DNA of 64,000 nt, taken from contig MU058423.1 in NCBI GenBank assembly GCA_013265495.1, positions 5,252,745 through 5,316,744 on the forward strand, in the 5' to 3' direction. Both the position numbers and the translations under genes were made by a program. The DNA is from Vicugna vicugna. Its lineage: Eukaryota. The notes below the pieces were generated by a model. It searched no databases. It saw only the letters and a list, made by a program, of their open reading frames with translations, and was not told where the DNA came from. This document shows, piece after piece, positions 26,811 to 40,900 of the stretch. The stretch's first letter is position 1. Every line of letters begins with the position of its first letter.

Positions 26811-29800
26811 TCCCTGGTTGAAAGTACTGCTTAAAATGACCTAACGTGGATCTGGTGAAAAACTATACAGTGTAAATGCAAAATGTATAATTTAAGGGCA
26901 TAGATTTTAAGTTAAACCCAAATACCTAGTAAATCAGCAACATTAAGCTACTCTTACTGAAATTATAATAGATTTTTAAACACTGATTTTAGGCTTTAAT
27001 TGGATTTTCTCAATTGAATGATGACAAATTACATACTTCCTCCATTTAATGAAATTTTACTGAATTGTAAAAACCTTTCATCTGGAAAACAATGACTATG
27101 GAGAAATAAGTTAATTTCTATATTTAGAATCACATGTGCCATTTTATTCATAACTCTTAATATGTAGTTTTAAAACAAATTATAGAGATTATTAAATGCT
27201 TCTGAGATATTTTAAATCATTTTATTATTTCTAATAAAGCAATTATTTTAAATAAAATTCAAATTTCAGGATTAGGTGAATAGATGTAAAAAAAAGGTGA
27301 ACTATTAAATATATCAAAAAGATTGTATCAGTTCTCATGCAATGCATAAATCATACTAAGGTCTTATCATATTTTGTAACAAGAATACTGTGAAGTGTTT
27401 ATTGTTGCTGTAAATTCACATTAACATTCTTAACCTGATAATTACACATCACAGATTTGCATTTAATATCAGCATTCATCTCTATATAAAGTGAATATTA
27501 TTATTTTTGAAGGCAGAATTGTGAGCTGAACAAATGTATATATGAATTTTGTCAGTAACTGAACGTGACCAGATCAGTTCATACTGGTCATTCTGTAATG
27601 AGGTTCCTTAGCTCTCTGCTTCCTCTCTTCCTGCTCTACACATTCCACCTGGGAAATCACCCTCATTCATCTGGGAGGACCCCTAATTCTTTATTTTCAT
27701 TTAATCTTCCTTTAGATTCTTCAAACATACATACATTATATATTGTATTACATATATTATAATTATGATATATGCTATAATGTATCAATGATTTATCTCC
27801 TGATGTTAATACTTTAAATCGAGAAGAAAACAATCACTCCAGCTTAATGGACTTTTAGACATCTGCCACAAGTTGTAGAAGTCTTACTCTGGAGGATCAC
27901 AGTATAAAAAAATGGTATTATTTAGATTATAACCAACCTTAAAATAAAGCCTTTTCCATTTTTTGGACAATTGTCTGCAATTCTATTCTGTGGGTTTTGT
28001 AATGCTTAAAAATAGTCATGCAGTTCAAAGAAAATTATTAAGCTAGTCATGAAAATGACTTTTTGCTTCATGGGTTCAATAGATTCTTGAATGTCAAATG
28101 ACACATTATTGTGCATTAAAGTTCCTGAGTATGGCTTGCTCTTACTGTTCTATTCAGAAATTTCAAGATTGGGTTAAACTCTTATTAAATACCTGCCTTT
28201 TCTAGGCCCCTTTTGTGACATTAGCATCTTCATACACAAATGAATAACTCACTGTATTTAATCAACTGATGTCAAACAAGGATTGCCTTTTTCTTTAATG
28301 GTGAGGTAAGTATCATCAACTGGAAAACATGAAAATTTTCTTCAGTCATTGTTCAATATTAAATTGTATCCAGATTATGTAAAAGTATATTTATTTAGTA
28401 ACTTAACTGATGATAATCTCTGTCTCCATTTTAATCCAGGCTTAATCCATAGCTAGTGAAAAAGAAAATGTGCTTCTCTTCAGTCATTGCTAGTTTACTG
28501 ATGACTTGTTTATTTTTCAGGTATACAATTAGTACAATACTTGTCCTTAGATAATTTTGCTCAGTGATTATGAATATGTAAAAAAAAATTAGAACGTAGA
28601 GTTTTATAAGTAATTTACCTCTTTTGCTTTTTGGGCAAACATGAACTCCTTTGGTAAAGTGATAAAAATTAAACCTGTGTAACTATGGGCAACATCAAGG
28701 ATATGAGTAAGCAAACAAATTCATCTTTTGTTTGCCTTCCTAATGCCTCCCACTGACTGGCAGACACGTGTGCACATAACCCACCCTCTCTTCTGCCCAG
28801 GCTCTCCATCCACTTCAGTGCCCCTGCCCTGCATCTATTTTAGTTATTTCACTTTATACACAAACAGCACCAGGGGTTTATTTCCCTTTTGTGTATATGT
28901 CATAAATTTAGAAAAAACATTTCCAAGACTCTGAAATAAGTGTCTGCTTCTAACGAAATTCTGTACTTAAACATCTTGTATCCTGAGTGTCTATAGAAAG
29001 CAATTGCTCAGTGAATTCTCAATAAAACTACTGACATAATACCATGTACCTCTGTTTTTTTCTTTTCATATTTTATATAAGTGCTCAGAATTTATATCAA
29101 CTATACTTTATTTTACAAACATAACCAAATATATTTATTTTATCCTCCACTCACTGAGTACCTATTGAGCTCTTTCATGGACTCACACATCATGCTAAGT
29201 ACAGCGTATAGAGCTGTGACTAAATCTGTCATGTGTTCTGTCCTGGTAAAATCTTAAATGTGATGAGAAAGACAGAAATGCATAAGATAATAAGTAACTC
29301 AATTAATCTGTATTACCATCTGACCTTCAATTACATTTAGAGACAATATCAGGGAGTAATGGGGACATTGGTTGCTTAAATCATTTATAAATAGTAAATT
29401 TTAGCCTTAACATTAGGTTTCTTATAAATCAGTATTTACCACCGTATTGCATTTTATACATATTATTTATAATTTTATTTTCATTAATTCAATACATATA
29501 CATAAACTAATAAAGCTATCTGAATTTCTATCTGTTTTTAAATTCATTATAGGAAGATACATATTTCACTAATACACTTTTGATGCTTCTGGCTTAAAAA
29601 TATTCAATATTCATTTTGAGGGAGTTAAAGTGAATATGTATGAATCTTTTTTCTTCTAACCAGAGTGGGGTTGTACATTATTTTCATGTTTTCACTGTAC
29701 GGTTTCAGAAATTTATGTGTTTCAAATGTTTCCACAGTTACACATCTGGGTATTCATTTTCCAAAGTTATTGATTATAATTTCACATTTTGAGATTATAA

Positions 29801-30339
29801 GCACAAATTATATTGGACAGATTATAATCTGAAGATCACTAAGTCTTAGTTCCACACTACTAAGAGTTAAAAAGATGGAGAATTTTGACAGAGTCTGAAC
29901 ATCAGTCTTAGAGGAATGACAACCTGTACACCAACTGAGAAACACTTTTTTGACAGCAGGTGAACATGAATAATTCTGAGGGGTGTAAGAAAGCTGTAGC
30001 TTTTCAAGGGCAACTGAGTTGATGTCAATGTGAAAGAAACTTAGGGACTCAAGGATACAGACAGCAGCAGAACAGCGGAGGTGTGACAAAATAACCATGT
30101 GGCACAGACTGAGACTGGCACGCGCTGCAGGTACAGTGAGCAAACAGTAGTTTAGAACAGGCTCCGCAATTCATGTTACATATTCCAAAATGTGCTACTA
30201 GAAAAAATACTGGATGAAACAATCCACAGAAATTGGACATTAATTGGATCTATCTAATCTACCTATTTATCCCTCTCTCTGTGTCTACGTAGAGGTATAC
30301 CCCCACACACATCAAAATAGTGTAGGAAGAACATAAGAG

Positions 30340-30480
30340 GAATCAATCTCTTCCCATCAGAAGACTGTAAGCTCTGTAAGGGCAGAGCTATTGCATACCC
30401 CATTTATCTCTAGCTCCCCACTAGCCAGGACAGTGCCTAGCTCACAATAAACTGCTAAAATATCTTTAATAAATGATTAA
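30340..30480 (+). mobile_element. L2 3' end
   Basis: 'agactgtaagctctgtaagggcagagct...cagtgcctagctcacaataaactgct'. Confidence 0.7.
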
Positions 30481-30749
30481 GACACTCTTGTTTCAGAAGA
30501 CTGGAGACCCTAACAAGTATCTGCAGTTTTGACTGTAAGGTACAAGAATAGAGATGATCAGAATTAGAAACATAGAAACACTGGTTTGTGACTACATTGC
30601 TTATCATGTGGGGGCAACTCTAGAAGAGCAAAGATGTTTTTCATATATATATTCTATAGTAGATTATAAAATGTTAACACATAGATAACATTTATACAAA
30701 TCTTGAAAGTATAACAAATCAGTTAATTCAAAATTGTTTACAATCAAAT

Positions 30750-30890
30750 TTTAGAATAGTTAATGTTAGCTATCTTGATTGTGGCGGTGTTGTCACTGGT
30801 GTATACATCTATCAAAATTCAGCAAATTGTACATCTGAAATATGTGTAGTTTACTGTACAGGAACCATACCGCAATAAAGGTTTAAAAAA
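30750..30890 (+). mobile_element. Old L1 (L1ME-like) 3' terminus
   Basis: 'tatcttgattgtggcggtg...aattgtacatctgaaatatgtgtagtttactgta...caataaag'. Confidence 0.7.
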
Positions 30891-32681
30891 ATCCATGTTT
30901 GGAAAACAAACATGAAAGTCTATGCACAAAAATGTTTAACAGGAATTATCCCTGAATGCTACTGTAAGGGGTGATTTTTTATTTTCATTTTTGTGTTTTC
31001 TTACAGTTTCCAAATGTTTTATTTTTTAATAGGAATACCACACAGTTACTAAAGGCAAGGAAAAAAATAAACATTTAAAACTCCAAAAAATAGCTAATAA
31101 TTCTCAAGCAAAATCATGTAATTGGGAGATTACAAAATACAATCAGTAGATGTTTGACAGAAAAACAGCCTATGCAAAAACTCATTAAGGCAGGTTGGAA
31201 AAGAGGATAATGTCAGAAAACGGATGAGACTTGTTACATTTTTTTCAGAGTTTCTTCAATGGTAGGGAATGGGGTTATGCCCTGGAGAATTCTAATTTAC
31301 TAATTTTCTATGAACTGAAATGTTCTTAATCTACATTTCCTTAATTAAAATACACAAACACACTTGGATGCCATGAATCTTGTAATACTTAAATTCATTC
31401 TATTAGTAACCAGGTAAAATAGTTGATACTTAAGAATTTTTTTTTTTTAGGATTTCTTATAATAATGGAGATATCAAGGAAATTATCTAGTTTTCCATTT
31501 CAAACAGTACAGCCTTATTTCCATCTAATTTGCCTTAACAACTGTCTGGATGTTGACCAGTTGGTAAACGTGAGAAGCTCCAGTCTTGGCCTATTATATA
31601 CAGACAGATGACTTACAGATTCGCAGAAGAGGAAAGAGTGCCCTATTGCTCTACTGTGTTTATCTCTTGTCTATACACAAATTATTCATGACACCATTGG
31701 ATGAATTGCTCAGATACACCTTTGGATGGATTCTCAGAATTGAGAAAATGGAGGTGTGGCTAACATAGCACAGCAGGAGCCAGACTGTTCGGCAGCCCTA
31801 AAAATCTATGGTTCAATGTGGTACAGCTGTGATGTGATGGGCATGGTGATTTGGCATGCTTTTTGTAGGAACATGCTTTTTATAGGATGTAAACATAAGT
31901 TCAATTAAATGTTTCAATGCTGATACAGGCCTTCCTCAAAAAAGAACAATCTCAAATAAACAATTTAACTCACCAACTAAAAGAACTAGAAAAAGAAGAA
32001 CAAAAAACCCCAAAAGGCAGCAGAAGGAAGGAAATTATAAAGATCAGGGAGGAAATAAATAAAATGGAGATTAAAAAAACCATACAAAAAATCAATCAAA
32101 CCAAAAGCTGTTTTTTTGAAAAAGTAAATAAAATCGACAAACCTCTGGCCAAACTCACAAAGAAGAAAAAAGAAAGAGCACAAATCAGCAAAATAAGAAA
32201 GGAAAATGGAGAATTACAACAAATAAAATAGAAACACAGAATATCATACAAGAATATTATGAAAAACTATATGGAACCAAACTGGACAACCTAGAGGAGA
32301 TGGACAAGTTTCTGGAAACATACAGTCCACCAAGACTGAATCAAGAAGAAACTGACCACTTGAACAAACCGATCACTAGAAATGAAATTGAAATAGCAAT
32401 AAAAAAACCTCCCTACAAATAAAAGTCCAGGACTGGACGGCTTCATGGGGAATTCTAACAAGCATACAAAGAAGAACTCATACCAGTCCTTCTCAAACTC
32501 TTCCAGACGATTGAAAAGGAGGGAATACTCCCAAACTCATTCTATGAAGCCACCATCACCCTGATACCAAAACCAGGCAAAGACACTACCAAAAAAGAGA
32601 ATTATAGGCCAATATCACTGATGAACATAGACGCCAAAATCCTCACCAAAATATTAGCAAATAGAATCCAACAACACATAA

Positions 32682-33004
32682 NNNNNNNNNNNNNNNNNNN
32701 NNNNNNNNNNNNNNNNNNNNNNNNNNNNNNNNNNNNNNNNNNNNNNNNNNNNNNNNNNNNNNNNNNNNNNNNNNNNNNNNNNNNNNNNNNNNNNNNNNNN
32801 NNNNNNNNNNNNNNNNNNNNNNNNNNNNNNNNNNNNNNNNNNNNNNNNNNNNNNNNNNNNNNNNNNNNNNNNNNNNNNNNNNNNNNNNNNNNNNNNNNNN
32901 NNNNNNNNNNNNNNNNNNNNNNNNNNNNNNNNNNNNNNNNNNNNNNNNNNNNNNNNNNNNNNNNNNNNNNNNNNNNNNNNNNNNNNNNNNNNNNNNNNNN
33001 NNNN
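32682..33004. other. Assembly gap (N run)
   Basis: Run of n. Confidence 1.
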
Positions 33005-33818
33005 AGAAAAAGAAAGTAAAGAAACAATCCCCTTTAAAATAGCACCGAAAGTAATAAAATATCTAGGAATAAATCTAACCAAGAAGGTAAAAGAATTATA
33101 CACAGAAAATGATAAACCATTGATAAAGGAAATTAAAGAAGACTTTAAAAAATGGAAATATTACTATATATAGAAGACCTTAAAAGGTCCACACAGAAAC
33201 TACTACAGCTGATTGAAGAATTCAGCAAGGTAGCAGGTTACAAGATTAACGTTCAAAAATCAGTTGCACTTCTTTACACTAACGAGGAATCAACAGAAAA
33301 AGAAAGTAAAGAAACAATCCCCTTTAAAATAGCACCGAAAGTAATAAAATATCTAGGAATAAATCTAACCAAGAAGGTAAAAGAATTATACACAGAAAAT
33401 GATAAACCATTGATAAAGGAAATTAAAGAAGACTTTAAAAAATGGAAAGATATCCCATGCTCTTGGATTGGAAGAATCAATATTGTTAAAATGGTCACAC
33501 TGCCCAAGGCAATCTACAGATTTAATGCAATCCCTATCCAATTACCCAGGACATATTTCACAGAACTAGAACAAATCCTAAGAAAATATATATGGAACCA
33601 TCTAAGACCTAGAATTGCCAAAGCATTCCTGAAGAGAAAGAAAGAGGCTGGAGGAATAACTCTCAGACAATACTAAAGAGCTACAGTCATGAAGACAGCA
33701 TGGTATTGGTACCAAAACAGACATATAGACCAATGGAACAGAATAGAGAGCCCAGAAATGAACCCACAAACTTTTGGTCAACTCATCTTTGACAAAGGAG
33801 GCAAGAATATACAATGGA

Positions 33819-34777
33819 NNNNNNNNNNNNNNNNNNNNNNNNNNNNNNNNNNNNNNNNNNNNNNNNNNNNNNNNNNNNNNNNNNNNNNNNNNNNNNNNNN
33901 NNNNNNNNNNNNNNNNNNNNNNNNNNNNNNNNNNNNNNNNNNNNNNNNNNNNNNNNNNNNNNNNNNNNNNNNNNNNNNNNNNNNNNNNNNNNNNNNNNNN
34001 NNNNNNNNNNNNNNNNNNNNNNNNNNNNNNNNNNNNNNNNNNNNNNNNNNNNNNNNNNNNNNNNNNNNNNNNNNNNNNNNNNNNNNNNNNNNNNNNNNNN
34101 NNNNNNNNNNNNNNNNNNNNNNNNNNNNNNNNNNNNNNNNNNNNNNNNNNNNNNNNNNNNNNNNNNNNNNNNNNNNNNNNNNNNNNNNNNNNNNNNNNNN
34201 NNNNNNNNNNNNNNNNNNNNNNNNNNNNNNNNNNNNNNNNNNNNNNNNNNNNNNNNNNNNNNNNNNNNNNNNNNNNNNNNNNNNNNNNNNNNNNNNNNNN
34301 NNNNNNNNNNNNNNNNNNNNNNNNNNNNNNNNNNNNNNNNNNNNNNNNNNNNNNNNNNNNNNNNNNNNNNNNNNNNNNNNNNNNNNNNNNNNNNNNNNNN
34401 NNNNNNNNNNNNNNNNNNNNNNNNNNNNNNNNNNNNNNNNNNNNNNNNNNNNNNNNNNNNNNNNNNNNNNNNNNNNNNNNNNNNNNNNNNNNNNNNNNNN
34501 NNNNNNNNNNNNNNNNNNNNNNNNNNNNNNNNNNNNNNNNNNNNNNNNNNNNNNNNNNNNNNNNNNNNNNNNNNNNNNNNNNNNNNNNNNNNNNNNNNNN
34601 NNNNNNNNNNNNNNNNNNNNNNNNNNNNNNNNNNNNNNNNNNNNNNNNNNNNNNNNNNNNNNNNNNNNNNNNNNNNNNNNNNNNNNNNNNNNNNNNNNNN
34701 NNNNNNNNNNNNNNNNNNNNNNNNNNNNNNNNNNNNNNNNNNNNNNNNNNNNNNNNNNNNNNNNNNNNNNNNNNNNN
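33819..34777. other. Assembly gap (N run)
   Basis: Run of n. Confidence 1.
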
Positions 34778-37459
34778 AAGTAAGCCAGAAAGAGAAAGAA
34801 AAATACCATATGAGATCGCTCATATGTTGAATCTTAAAAAAAAACCAAACAAAGCATAAATACAAAACAGAAATAGACTCATAGACATAGAATACAAACT
34901 TGTGGTCGCCAAGGGGGCAGGGGGTGGGAAGGGATAGACTGGGATTTCAAAATTGTAGAATAGATAAATAGGATTATACTGCATAACACGGGAAATATAC
35001 ACAAGATCTTATGGTAGCTTACAGAGAAAAAAATGTGACAATGAATATATATATGTTCATGTATAACTGAAAAATTGTGCTCTACACTGGAATTTGATAC
35101 ACTGTAAAATGATTATAACCCAATAAAACAAAAAGTTTCAACTCCATAGGCCAATTCCACTTCCACAGACACATATGAGCTCACTTACAGACACAAACAA
35201 ACACACTGTAGTCTCCAGCCACCCTTGAATCTGCAACGTAGGATTAGCTTTCCTTTCTCTGTGTAGCATTCTCAGCCTGGAATTCCACTCATCATTACTG
35301 TCACCTTCAGATATCAATTATCTGATTCTTCCTTTGATCATGGATCTAGTGAAAATCTTTCTGTCCCACTATATTTTAGGCTCGTTAAAGGAGTATCTCA
35401 ACTGTTTTCTAATGGATGAAGATCTGAAACATTCAGATACACCTGGCACACGTTTTCTCAAAGTTTATGAATGACAAAATCTTTTAAAAATTTTTAATGA
35501 GAAATTTTAGCACTGACGTATATGTCACATAAAAGTGATATTTTAGAAAAAAGAGAAGTATTTTATTTACATATATTTTTGGAGATATACCAATCTATTT
35601 ATATGTTAAGATTTTCAAAATCAACTATTTTCTTCATTTTATATAATACGTATAATTTCAGCTTTATATGCTTCAAGATACCTTTCAATAAAATTGGATA
35701 ATAATTCCCCTGTATATATGTATTTTGTATATTAAATAGATACAATATAACTATATGATAGACCTGTTTTAAGAGGAGTTTCATTTAATGAAGTCATAAA
35801 TTTCATATTGCACTGACACAATATGTTACTGTTTTTTTCACTATTTTATTAAGAGAAAATTTTTCCCATACAATGTTTAAAAACAATAGACTGTGCTTTT
35901 AAAAACAAATGTACAAACATAATTATAAACATTAAATACTGGACAGCTTTCTAGTCACTGGCTATAACCAGGAAATATTAATTTAATAGCCAACGATTTC
36001 CATGTTATCGTGAGAATGTTGTATTCTTTTCAGTCAAAAACTTTTTAATGAGTTCACAGTAGCATAATTATTTTAACTAATTTCTATTTAGTTTTATCTC
36101 CGAAGTTTTATTTAAATCAGTGACAGTTTGGTCATTTCCCTTTCTGCTCTTGGTCTCATCACTTGGCAATTTGTATGGATTACCCAGCCTTCCCCCAAAG
36201 AAGAGTGAGGCTTGAATATAAATTAAGTCCTAGAGCATTCTCTTTCAAGTGCAGGATCACTGAGTTAATCTCTACATGAAACCGTCTAGTTGCAGAATGG
36301 AAGATCTGCCATGTGGACTAAGGCTGTAGAAGTCAATACATTTTAGGGGATTTATCACGGCACTCTTTTCAAAAGTTTCTTCATAAGAACGCTATGTGGT
36401 CTATACTAATCTAATGACTTTGATTTTCTTTGATATTTAATTGAAACACAGTTTTATCTTGTTACTTTATGTTTTCTGGCAAACAACTAAAGAAACTGAT
36501 CCCTTTGGACCACTGCTTTTGGCAATAGACAGATCAGACTCAAAGTATGCACTGTATTTCACTTTACTGTTTGTTTTATTTTCGGTAATAACTGCAAGAT
36601 GACAACAAATTTCATATGAAGACTACTTCGGATTAAAGGTAAAAGGAATGGTTAGACGTTTTCAAAGTAATATCCTTACTAAAAATATCTGATGAACGAT
36701 GCAGGATGTGTCAATTCTTCCTTTTAAAAATCTCTATCCCTAGATACGAATATTTAAAGAAGCATGAGGATTCTGTGTAGAATATTTAAAACAGGATGTG
36801 GTTTGAGGAATATAGTGGTCTATCCAGACATCCCTATTTGAACCAGATGCTCACTAATTTTCTCTATTCACACTGGTCATAACGTTTACAGAAAACACTA
36901 GCAGTTGTACAATTTAATATTTCTAGAAGTCTTTTAATGTTAATAGGTAAAGGGAATATCTAGTGATGACTAAAGCAGTAATTTATATTACAGTAGTAAG
37001 GCAGCCTTGGCCTGAATTTTTATCTAACATCCAAGATAGTATTTCTTTGCCTATTACCATTACAATCCAAAGAATATCTCTCACTGGCATCTCACTCAGA
37101 GAAGATTCTCTAAGAACTTCTCTAAATGAATAATAAGTTTAGCATCCCAGAAAGTTTTTCAGAAATGGTTAAAAAGCTAATTCACATCACAAAGGGAAAG
37201 TATAAAAGAGGTGACTTTCTTCAGGTTAGATAATTATCATTTTCACAAACATAAGTTTACAATAAGTATTACGGTTTCATAATGTTCTAGCCATATTAGA
37301 ATATTAGTACATAAAATAGCATGAAATACATGGAGAACAACTACAAATTTAAATAACATATTTTTACAGTGAATGTAATCTTACGGCTGGAGTGTTCACC
37401 CATTTTAATAAATCAATTTAATGAATCTTGTTACCCAAAGGACTATCATACTAGATTAG

Positions 37460-37850
37460 TGTTATGCAAAATAGCTGTTTCACCAGATACGCCAATCAGA
37501 ACTGTGAGAAATTCTGCTCCCAAAGACTGAACACTTATCAGTGAGAAACTTTCGATGAGAGGTAACTAGTAAGAAAATCTCCCCTCCTTTATCTCTTCTG
37601 TGGAATGCACCAAGATGAATTTCCAGCTGCAAAGTTTCTACAAGATCCCACCATGCTGAGCAGACTCACCCAATGCACAAACTGCCTTACCTTTTTGCCA
37701 CTTCTTGTGAAGCAGCAATCCCTAAAGCAACGACTCACAGCTTTTCTTGCCTCACCTCTATTTTTCTTAATCTTTGCTTCCCTGGGTCATACCTCCCAGA
37801 TCAAGTATCAACTTGTATCCTTGTGTCCAACTTTAGCACCTAGATGATAA
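37460..37850 (+). mobile_element. ERVL LTR (LTR16-like)
   Basis: 3' motif 'gcttccctgggtcatacctcccagatcaagtatcaacttgtatccttgtgtc' resembles the LTR16 poly(A) region. Confidence 0.5.
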
Positions 37851-37944
37851 CGCCTGAAATGTGGCAAACTTAGAGAAATCTCTTATTTTAATATAGACCT
37901 TCTATTTCTCTATGTCTTTCATGTACTTTCCGAATTTATAGCAT

Positions 37945-38380
37945 TGTTATGGGTTGAACTGTGTCTCCCCAAGTTTAAATGTTTAAGTCCTAACCTCCCC
38001 CGCATTACCTCAGAATGTGACCTCATTTGGAAACATGATCTATATGCAGATGTAATTAGTTAAGATGAGGTCATCAGGCTCTAATCTAAAATGGCTGGTG
38101 TTCTTGTAAAAAAGGGAAATCTGGGGACAGACACACAGGTAAACTCCATGTGCAGAAAAAGGCAGAAGGGTAACACTTCTACAAACCAAGAAACGTCAAA
38201 GATCTCCATCAAAGCTTGGGCAGAGAAATGGAATATTTTCCTTCTCAGCCCTCAGGAGGAACTAAACTGGGCAACATCATGATCTAAGACTTCTAGCCTC
38301 CAGAATGGTGAAACAATAAATTTTAATTGTTTAAGTGACCTGGTTGGTAGTACTTTGATATGGGGGCCCAGGAAGTAGTG
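37945..38380 (+). mobile_element. MLT1B/C-like MaLR solo LTR
   Basis: Starts 'tgttatgggttgaactgtgtctcccc'; contains 'cctcagaatgtgacctcatttggaaa' and 'gacttctagcctccagaatggtgaaacaataaat'. Confidence 0.85.
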
Positions 38381-38539
38381 TAATAATTTACATTTCTCTT
38401 TTATTAGTGTTAAACAGGGCATTCAATATTGTAAAGAACAGCAAAAAGGGAGTGGAAATCCATGTTTTTTATTCCTGGTCTTATGTAGACTATGTCTACG
38501 TTATCCCCATTAATTTAGTTTTGTTATAGGAGAGGCAAA

Positions 38540-39200
38540 TCTGTTCTCCACCTAGTAGTTAAAAAATTTTTTATCTTAATTACATTCTGAAAATTTTCAA
38601 ATTTTCATACAAATATTGAGATTATGAGATTTTTTTCTTCTTTAGAGTGTTCATATGCTTACACTAGTGAGATTATATATATCTAATCATGTATAACCAT
38701 ATTTAATAAGTAATTCATACAACTATTTTTTCAGTTCCTGGATAAATCCTGCTTGATCATCATAATGTAAAATTTTTAAGTTTATATTTGGATTTTTTTT
38801 CATTTATAGTAATATATGAAATGAGGTTCTTCCCCACCCACAACCCAGTATACTGTATTTATCTGGTTGTAGTGTCAAGGTTAAACTTACTGTATAAAAT
38901 GAATAGTTGAGTTTCCTGATTTTCATACTTTCTAGGACAAATTTACTTGAAAATTTCATAGATCTTATGTTTACAATCATCTTGGCCTGGGTTGATTTGT
39001 GTTTATTTATTCTTTGTAGGTCTTTTAACATTTTCTATTTTCTTTTATGACATTTTGGCGTGTAATATTTTCTAGGACTGTTTCTATTGTATCTATATCT
39101 TCAAATGTTTTAGTACACAATTGTTTATGAAAATTATTTCATAATTTGATTACATTTTATTGTAACTATTGTGATTTCTGTTTTCAATCTGATTTATATG
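38540..39200 (-). mobile_element. Diverged L1 ORF2 fragment
   Basis: 'gataaatcctgcttgatcatcata' and 'ttatctggttgtagtgtcaaggtt' are antisense L1 motifs. Confidence 0.5.
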
Positions 39201-39254
39201 AGTTAACTTTTATTACATAAAAATCCCCTCAAAACTGAGTGATTTAAAATAAGC

Positions 39255-40900
39255 ACCACGAGAGAAACACAAAAGACATGAATAAACAGAAGGATATATC
39301 ATGCTCATGGTTTGGACCAGCTAAGATTTTTAAGATAGTCATTGTCTCCAAATTGATACACAGATTTAACACAATCTCAAAAACTTCATCAAGCTATTTT
39401 TGTAAAAGTTTCAAGCTGATTCTAAAAATTTACGAAAATGCAATGGATTTAGAATGACTAAATTAATGTTGCAAAAGAAGAACTAAGTTGGCGTATTTAT
39501 ACTATCTTATTTCAAGACTGACTATATAAAGTTATACCAACCAAGAGGACATGGTGTTGGTGTACAGGATACAGACAGGGATTCCAGAAGTAGACCACAT
39601 ATATATAGTGAAATGATTTTTGACATAGGTACCAAAGTAATTCAATAGCAAGAGAGTATTATTTTCAATAAATAGTCCTGGAAGAACTTCATACCTGTAT
39701 GAAAAACGAAACAAAACAAAACTTCTACCCTCATCTCACATCATATATAAAAATTAATTCAAAATTATGTTCATAAAACACAAATGTGAAGGCCAGAACA
39801 GTGAGAAATTTTAACAAACTATGGTAGTTAAAAAATGTTAAGACAAAAAGCATGAACTGCAAAGGATAAAGAATAAATAAGACATCAAAAATTATTAAAG
39901 TCTTCTTTTTAAAAACCACTAGGAAAGTGAAAATATACACCACAGATACCATATGTCTGATCAAGGACTTATATTTAGACTACATAAAAACTCTTCAGAT
40001 AATGATAATCACATAATACTAAGAAGTAAAACAACATTAAAAATTGACAAAATATTTGAATGGACATTCACAAAGAAATCTTTGATGGCAAACCAGCACA
40101 TTAAATGTTCAACATTACTAGTCATCAGACACATGCATATAAACACTAGAATGACACTCCATGTCACAACCACTAGAATGACTAACATTTTTAAAAAATG
40201 ATGGCATCAACTATTGATGGGGAAGCAAAACAGCTGGAATTCTCATAAGTTGCTACAGGAGATGCAAAATGGTACAGCCACATTGGAAACCAGTTTGGCA
40301 GTTACTCAACAATTTACCCATGGTGAGGCAATTCTACTATTGGGTATTTTCCCGAGAGAAATGAAAACCTACATCTGCACAAGTACTTGTACATGAATAT
40401 TTATTATAATCTTATTAGTAATATGCATCCATTGGAAATAACCCCAAAATTCATTAATGTGTGACTGGATAAGCATGTTGTAATAATCTATACAATGGAA
40501 TGCCATTTGGCCATAAAAATGACTGAATTCTGATTCTGATTCTGAATTCTGATTCTGGGCAATAATGATGAATATAAAAATATATGCTGAGAAAAAGATG
40601 CCACTCACAGAAGACTACATTCTGTATAAATCAATTTATTTTAAGCCCAAGCATAGACAAAACTAATCTATGGAAATAGACTTCAGAGGGTTGTTGCCAG
40701 GAATGTGGGGAGGGTGTATGGCAGGAAAGAAACCTGACTAGAAAAGGGTAAGTGGGAAATTTTTAGGGTGACAGAAACATTATGTAGTTTGTTCCAGGTG
40801 TTGGTCACATTGGTATGTATAATTGTCTAAACTCACTGACCTGAACACTTAAGGTATATGAATTTTATTGTAAAATATGTATATACTATTTATGGTATAT
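39255..40900 (+). mobile_element. Old LINE-1 (L1ME-like) ORF2 3' end and 3' UTR
   Basis: 'atgctcatggtttggac', 'gcaaaatggtacagccacattggaaaccagtttggc', 'gacaaaactaatctatgg'. Confidence 0.8.

Larger units (their letters stand above)
31918..35134 (+). mobile_element. Young 5'-truncated LINE-1 (ORF2 and 3' UTR) spanning two assembly gaps
   Basis: ORF2 fragments [58 protein letters not shown]; candidate TSD gtttcaa at 31911-31917 and 35135-35141. Confidence 0.95.

Noticed and set aside
32602..34865. Long ORFs (130-364 aa) in the track
   Set aside because: Made mostly of X residues from N gaps
36460..36595. Minus-strand acceptor followed by a ~40-codon open frame (ITENKTNSK...CQKT*)
   Set aside because: No recognisable protein and no linked upstream coding exon; chance occurrence is plausible
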